In this document: piece by piece, positions 60,336 through 64,000 of the stretch
Position numbering within the stretch: position 1 is the stretch's first letter
Layout of the letters: each line of letters opens with the position of its first letter
Origin: Thermodesulfobacteriota bacterium
Lineage (GTDB): Bacteria; Desulfobacterota_D; UBA1144; Nemesobacterales; JAJCZQ01
Assembly (NCBI GenBank): GCA_965215275.1
Contig: OZ244044.1
Coordinates: 560,855 to 624,854 of the forward strand
Direction of reading: 5' to 3'
DNA: 64,000 bases
Made by a program: the position numbers and the translations under genes
The notes under the pieces: generated by a model
The model's input: the letters and a program-made list of their open reading frames with translations, nothing else
What the model was told of the DNA's origin: nothing
Database searches by the model: none

Positions 60336-61094
60336 CTAACTCCCTATGATCTCGATCAGATTTATAAACGACTCGGCATTAAGACTGGCCCCGCCGATCA
60401 ACGCCCCTTTGGCGTCCTGTGCCTTAAGTATTAAGTTAATATTATCCTGATTAACGCTCCCACCGTAAATTATCCTTATATTATCCGCATCCTTGCCGAA
60501 TAGTTCAATTAATTTATCCCTTATCTCTTTATGTGACCGCTCGATCTCCTCAGGAGTGGCATTATTACCCGTTCCGACCGCCCATATCGGTTCATAGGCA
60601 ACAACTATATTTTCTGCATTATCACCCTTGACGTCCTGAAGTGCACTTTCTATCTGACGTCTTAAAACGATCGGCGTCATCCCTTTTTCTCTCTGTACCA
60701 GGGTTTCACCTATACAGATGATCGTCTTTAATCCCGCACTCAGGGACGCAAGGACCTTCTTTCTTACGTCGTAGTCTGTTTCACCAAGGATCTGTCTCCT
60801 TTCCGAATGCCCAACGATCACCCAGGAGCAGCCTATATCCACCAGCATCGCGGGAGATATCTCTCCAGTATAAGCTCCGGAGTCTTCCCAAAAAACGTTC
60901 TGTGCTCCCAGTGACACGTCCGTATGGTTTATGACCCTGTGAACGATCTCCATGTTCGTAAACGGAGGGGCCAGGACGATCTCAAATTTCAGATGTGCAG
61001 GACTTACCATGTTTAAAATAGATTTCGTCAAGAACTCAGCTTCTTCTCTAAGAAGGTTCATCTTCCAATTAGCCACTATTAACTTTTTCTTCAT
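60336..61094 (-). CDS. tpiA: Triosephosphate isomerase
   Basis: VANWKMN...IVGHSERR...AYEPIWAVGTG... Confidence 0.9.
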   Translation of the reverse strand: MKKKLIVANWKMNLLREEAEFLTKSILNMVSPAHLKFEIVLAPPFTNMEIVHRVINHTDVSLGAQNVFWEDSGAYTGEISPAMLVDIGCSWVIVGHSERRQILGETDYDVRKKVLASLSAGLKTIICIGETLVQREKGMTPIVLRRQIESALQDVKGDNAENIVVAYEPIWAVGTGNNATPEEIERSHKEIRDKLIELFGKDADNIRIIYGGSVNQDNINLILKAQDAKGALIGGASLNAESFINLIEIIGS

Positions 61095-61305
61095 TTAAAA
61101 CTCGGATCGGGTGGATTTTAATAATGTAACGCTCTTTTACAGGTACCGTGTCGATAATAATAACAGAGAAAAAAAGTAATTAAAGAACTCTCACTATACA
61201 CACCTTCTCAAAAAGGTAAAAAACTTTTTTCATAACTGCAGACACTTAACGATCAGAACGTTTAAGTTCAGGCCGAAGCGGCACAGGCCGCCAAGGTCGT
61301 CCGGT

Positions 61306-62451
61306 CTACCGTCCAGGCTGATCAAAATACTCTTTCAGTCGTCCCATTCCTTTCTGTATCATTTCCACGGAAGTTGCATACGAGAACCTTATATAGCCTT
61401 CACCTCCGCCGCCAAAATCGATCCCGGGAGCAACGCCGACCCCGGCCCTGTTTAAAATATCAAACGCAATTGCCTTGGAGTCCATGCCTATTTCTGAAAC
61501 GTTTAAAAATATATAAAAGGCCCCGTCCGGCTTATAACTGAGAGCAAAGCCCAGTTCCTCTATACCTTTGAGCATCTCTATCCTTCTCCTGTTAAAGACC
61601 TCCACCATGTTCATGTCTTCCAGACCGACCCCCTGCAGTGCCTCTACTCCAGCTCTTTGAACAAAAGGATTTGCCGAGATAAAGAGATTTTGCTGGAGTT
61701 TCTGAACAAAACGAACAAAGCCGGCAGGTGCGATAATATAGCCAAGCCTCCAGCCCGTCATTGCATATAACTTGGAAAATCCGTTTATCACAAAGGCATT
61801 ATCGGTAAATTCCAGGATCGATCTTGCTTTTTTACCGTATTCCAGCCCGTGATAGATCTCGTCTGAAATCACCATAATCCCCATATCCGCGATCTTGCTG
61901 ATCAGGAACGGGTCCATCGTAACGCCCGTCGGGTTCGCAGGGGAATTTATAATAACGGCTTTCGTTCTTTTCGTTATCGCCTTTTTCACGTCAGATATTT
62001 CCACCTGAAATCCATTTTCCTCATATATCCTTACTTTTTTAGGCACTCCTCCCGCGACCTTGATTATCTGGGGATAGCACGAGTAATGAGGGTCGGTGAT
62101 AATTATTTCATCACCGGGATCTATGACCGCCGTTACAGCAAGGAACAGTGCCGGGGAACTTCCAAGCGTGACAATAACGTTCTCAGGACCTATACTCCGT
62201 CCATAAGCACCTTTATAGCTGCTGACGATGGCATCTCTGAGCTCCGATATCCCGACGCTCTCCGTATATTTGGTCTCGCCCCTTTTGATCGATTCTATTG
62301 CGGCGCTGCATATATCATCGTGAGTTGCAAAATCAGGTTCCCCAACCTCAAAATGTATGATGTCTTTCCCTTCTCTTTCAAGCCTTTTTGCACGTTCAAG
62401 GACCTCCATGACGTAAAAGGGGGAAAGATGCTTTGCCAGTTTGGAAGGCAT
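61306..62451 (-). CDS. Class I/II PLP-dependent aminotransferase (aspartate aminotransferase-like)
   Basis: FSKLYAMTGWRLGY (PLP lysine region), NPTG. Confidence 0.85.
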   Translation of the reverse strand: MPSKLAKHLSPFYVMEVLERAKRLEREGKDIIHFEVGEPDFATHDDICSAAIESIKRGETKYTESVGISELRDAIVSSYKGAYGRSIGPENVIVTLGSSPALFLAVTAVIDPGDEIIITDPHYSCYPQIIKVAGGVPKKVRIYEENGFQVEISDVKKAITKRTKAVIINSPANPTGVTMDPFLISKIADMGIMVISDEIYHGLEYGKKARSILEFTDNAFVINGFSKLYAMTGWRLGYIIAPAGFVRFVQKLQQNLFISANPFVQRAGVEALQGVGLEDMNMVEVFNRRRIEMLKGIEELGFALSYKPDGAFYIFLNVSEIGMDSKAIAFDILNRAGVGVAPGIDFGGGGEGYIRFSYATSVEMIQKGMGRLKEYFDQPGR

Positions 62452-62462
62452 AAGATAACCGG

Positions 62463-62972
62463 TTATTTAAGGATCAGAGCTTTTTTGATCTTTCTTTTAA
62501 ACAGCTGCTTTTTAAGTCCTGACATCCTGTCAAAGAACATTATTCCGTCCAGATGATCTATTTCATGCTGTAAAACCCTGGAAAGAAAATCAGAAGCTTC
62601 AACCACCACTGTATTACCATTTCTGTTAAAAGCCTCCACGACGATGCTTGCTTTCCTTTTAATGGTGCTTTTAAAACCCGGCAGGCTCAGACACCCTTCT
62701 TCGCTCATCTGAGAACCATCTGACCGGATAATCTCAGGGTTGATGAACTCCTGGGTATTTTTCCTGCCATCTCCCACAAAATCAACGTCAACGACCACTG
62801 CCCTGATGTTCTCACCTACCTGCGGTCCCGCCAGTCCGACGCCTTGTGCCTTGTACATTGTCTCTGCCATATCATCGAGCAGTCTGTGAAGAACGCCGTC
62901 GAAACTATTGACCGAGGCAGACCTTTTTGTCAGTCTGCGGTCAGGATAAACCAGTATTTCACGTAAAGACAT
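62463..62972 (-). CDS. def: Peptide deformylase
   Basis: GVGLAGPQVG, EGCLS, HEIDHLDG. Confidence 0.9.
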   Translation of the reverse strand: MSLREILVYPDRRLTKRSASVNSFDGVLHRLLDDMAETMYKAQGVGLAGPQVGENIRAVVVDVDFVGDGRKNTQEFINPEIIRSDGSQMSEEGCLSLPGFKSTIKRKASIVVEAFNRNGNTVVVEASDFLSRVLQHEIDHLDGIMFFDRMSGLKKQLFKRKIKKALILK

Positions 62973-63068
62973 TATAACTTTGAAAGATAATATATAAATA
63001 ACCGTCTCAAGGCTGAAACCGGGACCCGTCCGGGACAGTCAAGACCTGGCTTTACCCGAAGTGAACGA

Positions 63069-63344
63069 TCAGCCGTTTATTCGCTTAACGAGTTCTCTGC
63101 TCACTTTGAAACGAGGGAGTTTCTTGTCAGGTACGTGAACGTGCTCGCCGGTCCTTGGGTTCCTGCCTTCGTACGAGCGGTATCCTTTAGTGAAGAAACT
63201 GCCGAATTCCCTGATCTCAATGCGCCCATCTTTTTTAAGAACGTCCAACATGCTCTCTATAAGAACGTTCAATATGCTCTCAGACTGCTCCGGCTGTAAT
63301 TCAAACTTTTCAGCGATTTCCTTTTCTATATCAGACTTTCTCAT
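63069..63344 (-). CDS. HU/IHF-family DNA-binding protein
   Basis: ...GRNPRTGEHVHVP... arm motif. 91 aa. Confidence 0.85.
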   Translation of the reverse strand: MRKSDIEKEIAEKFELQPEQSESILNVLIESMLDVLKKDGRIEIREFGSFFTKGYRSYEGRNPRTGEHVHVPDKKLPRFKVSRELVKRING

Positions 63345-63490
63345 CCGATCTCACGCTACCAGTAAACGGTTTTGTAAACTATTTGCTTTAAATCCGTTTG
63401 TCAAGTATATGTTTTCAGGTCCATTGGATCTTTTCAGATAAATTACAGGTCCTAAAACGCGAGGTAAGTCGGCCAGAAGACAGATAACTG

Positions 63491-63967
63491 ATGAGCAAGG
63501 TTGAAAAATTCCTGAACGAAGCTGAACGACTTAAAGAAGATGGTAAATTTGCCGAGGCACTGTCCACGCTGAACAAGGCCAATAAGATCTCTCCCAACAA
63601 CCCCTGCGTGTTCCTGTCATACGCGGTCACCTATGATATGATGAACCAGCTTGAAAGTTCAGCGGGATATTTTTCCAAGGCACTGAAACTGGAACCGGAC
63701 AACCCCACGATATTAACCCATTACGGTATAACGCTCTGTAAGACACACAAGTACGAAGAGGCGATCGTTACCTTTAAAAAAGCACTTCACACGGACCCTG
63801 ACCACTCCTTTGCAAAATGGCATTTAGGGATCACCTACAGAACGATCGGACTTTATGAAGACGCCACCAGGCTGATGAAGGAGTGTCTGGCCTCCGATCA
63901 TGAGGACTTTGCAGACGAGATACACTACCAGCTGGGTTCAGGTTATTACGACATGGGATGGACCTAG
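63491..63967 (+). CDS. Tetratricopeptide-repeat protein
   Basis: TPR pattern (AEALSTLNKANKISPNN...SAGYFSKALKLEPDNP...AIVTFKKALHTDPDH). Confidence 0.6.
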   Translation: MSKVEKFLNEAERLKEDGKFAEALSTLNKANKISPNNPCVFLSYAVTYDMMNQLESSAGYFSKALKLEPDNPTILTHYGITLCKTHKYEEAIVTFKKALHTDPDHSFAKWHLGITYRTIGLYEDATRLMKECLASDHEDFADEIHYQLGSGYYDMGWT

Positions 63968-64000
63968 GAGGCGATCAGGGAGTTCAAGGCCCATCTTGAG

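Overview
Bacterial chromosomal segment of moderate GC with obvious local mosaicism, so it appears to combine core and accessory DNA. The left ~20.7 kb (1..20845) reads as a defence/accessory island ending at the 3' end of a minus-strand tRNA-Ser(GGA). The island contains, in order: (a) a partial RecB/Cas4-like nuclease + RNase H-like + SF1 (DNA2/Upf1-like) helicase fusion running off the left edge; (b) a RhuM-family remnant fused in frame to a COG1373/DUF4143 AAA+ ATPase; (c) a low-GC single-chain Type IIG restriction-modification enzyme split into two reading frames by a C13 homopolymer, i.e. a likely phase-variable locus; (d) a mer-like metal transport module (OM barrel, MerP-like and MerT-like proteins, no merA or merR); (e) a mini GIY-YIG protein; and (f) the main candidate system. 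The main candidate is a translationally coupled operon: SNF2 helicase with a C-terminal DUF3883 nuclease-like domain, a DUF1156 Zn-ribbon N6-adenine/N4-cytosine-type methyltransferase, and a DUF499 AAA+ ATPase, followed by a DprA/Smf-like (SLOG) protein. This gene triad was predicted as a defence system in comparative-genomics surveys but is, to my knowledge, poorly characterised. The remaining ~43 kb is mostly housekeeping: tRNA-Leu, surE, purM, hemB, rpmE, hemC, hemA, folE, two queD-like genes, a nuoM-like gene, tRNA-fMet, ispG, pckA, a DtxR-regulated metal ABC transporter, nth, fdxA-type ferredoxin, secG, tpiA, an aminotransferase, def and HU. The smaller insertions are a Fic/HTH 'mobile mystery protein' pair with a palindromic operator, a low-GC islet by tRNA-fMet with a decayed tandem duplication that copies the 5' end of nuoM, and a 2092-aa secreted S8 protease with about 14 He_PIG/cadherin-like repeats and a GlyGly-CTERM-like tail. 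All calls come from reading the translations and sequence motifs; no database searches were run.
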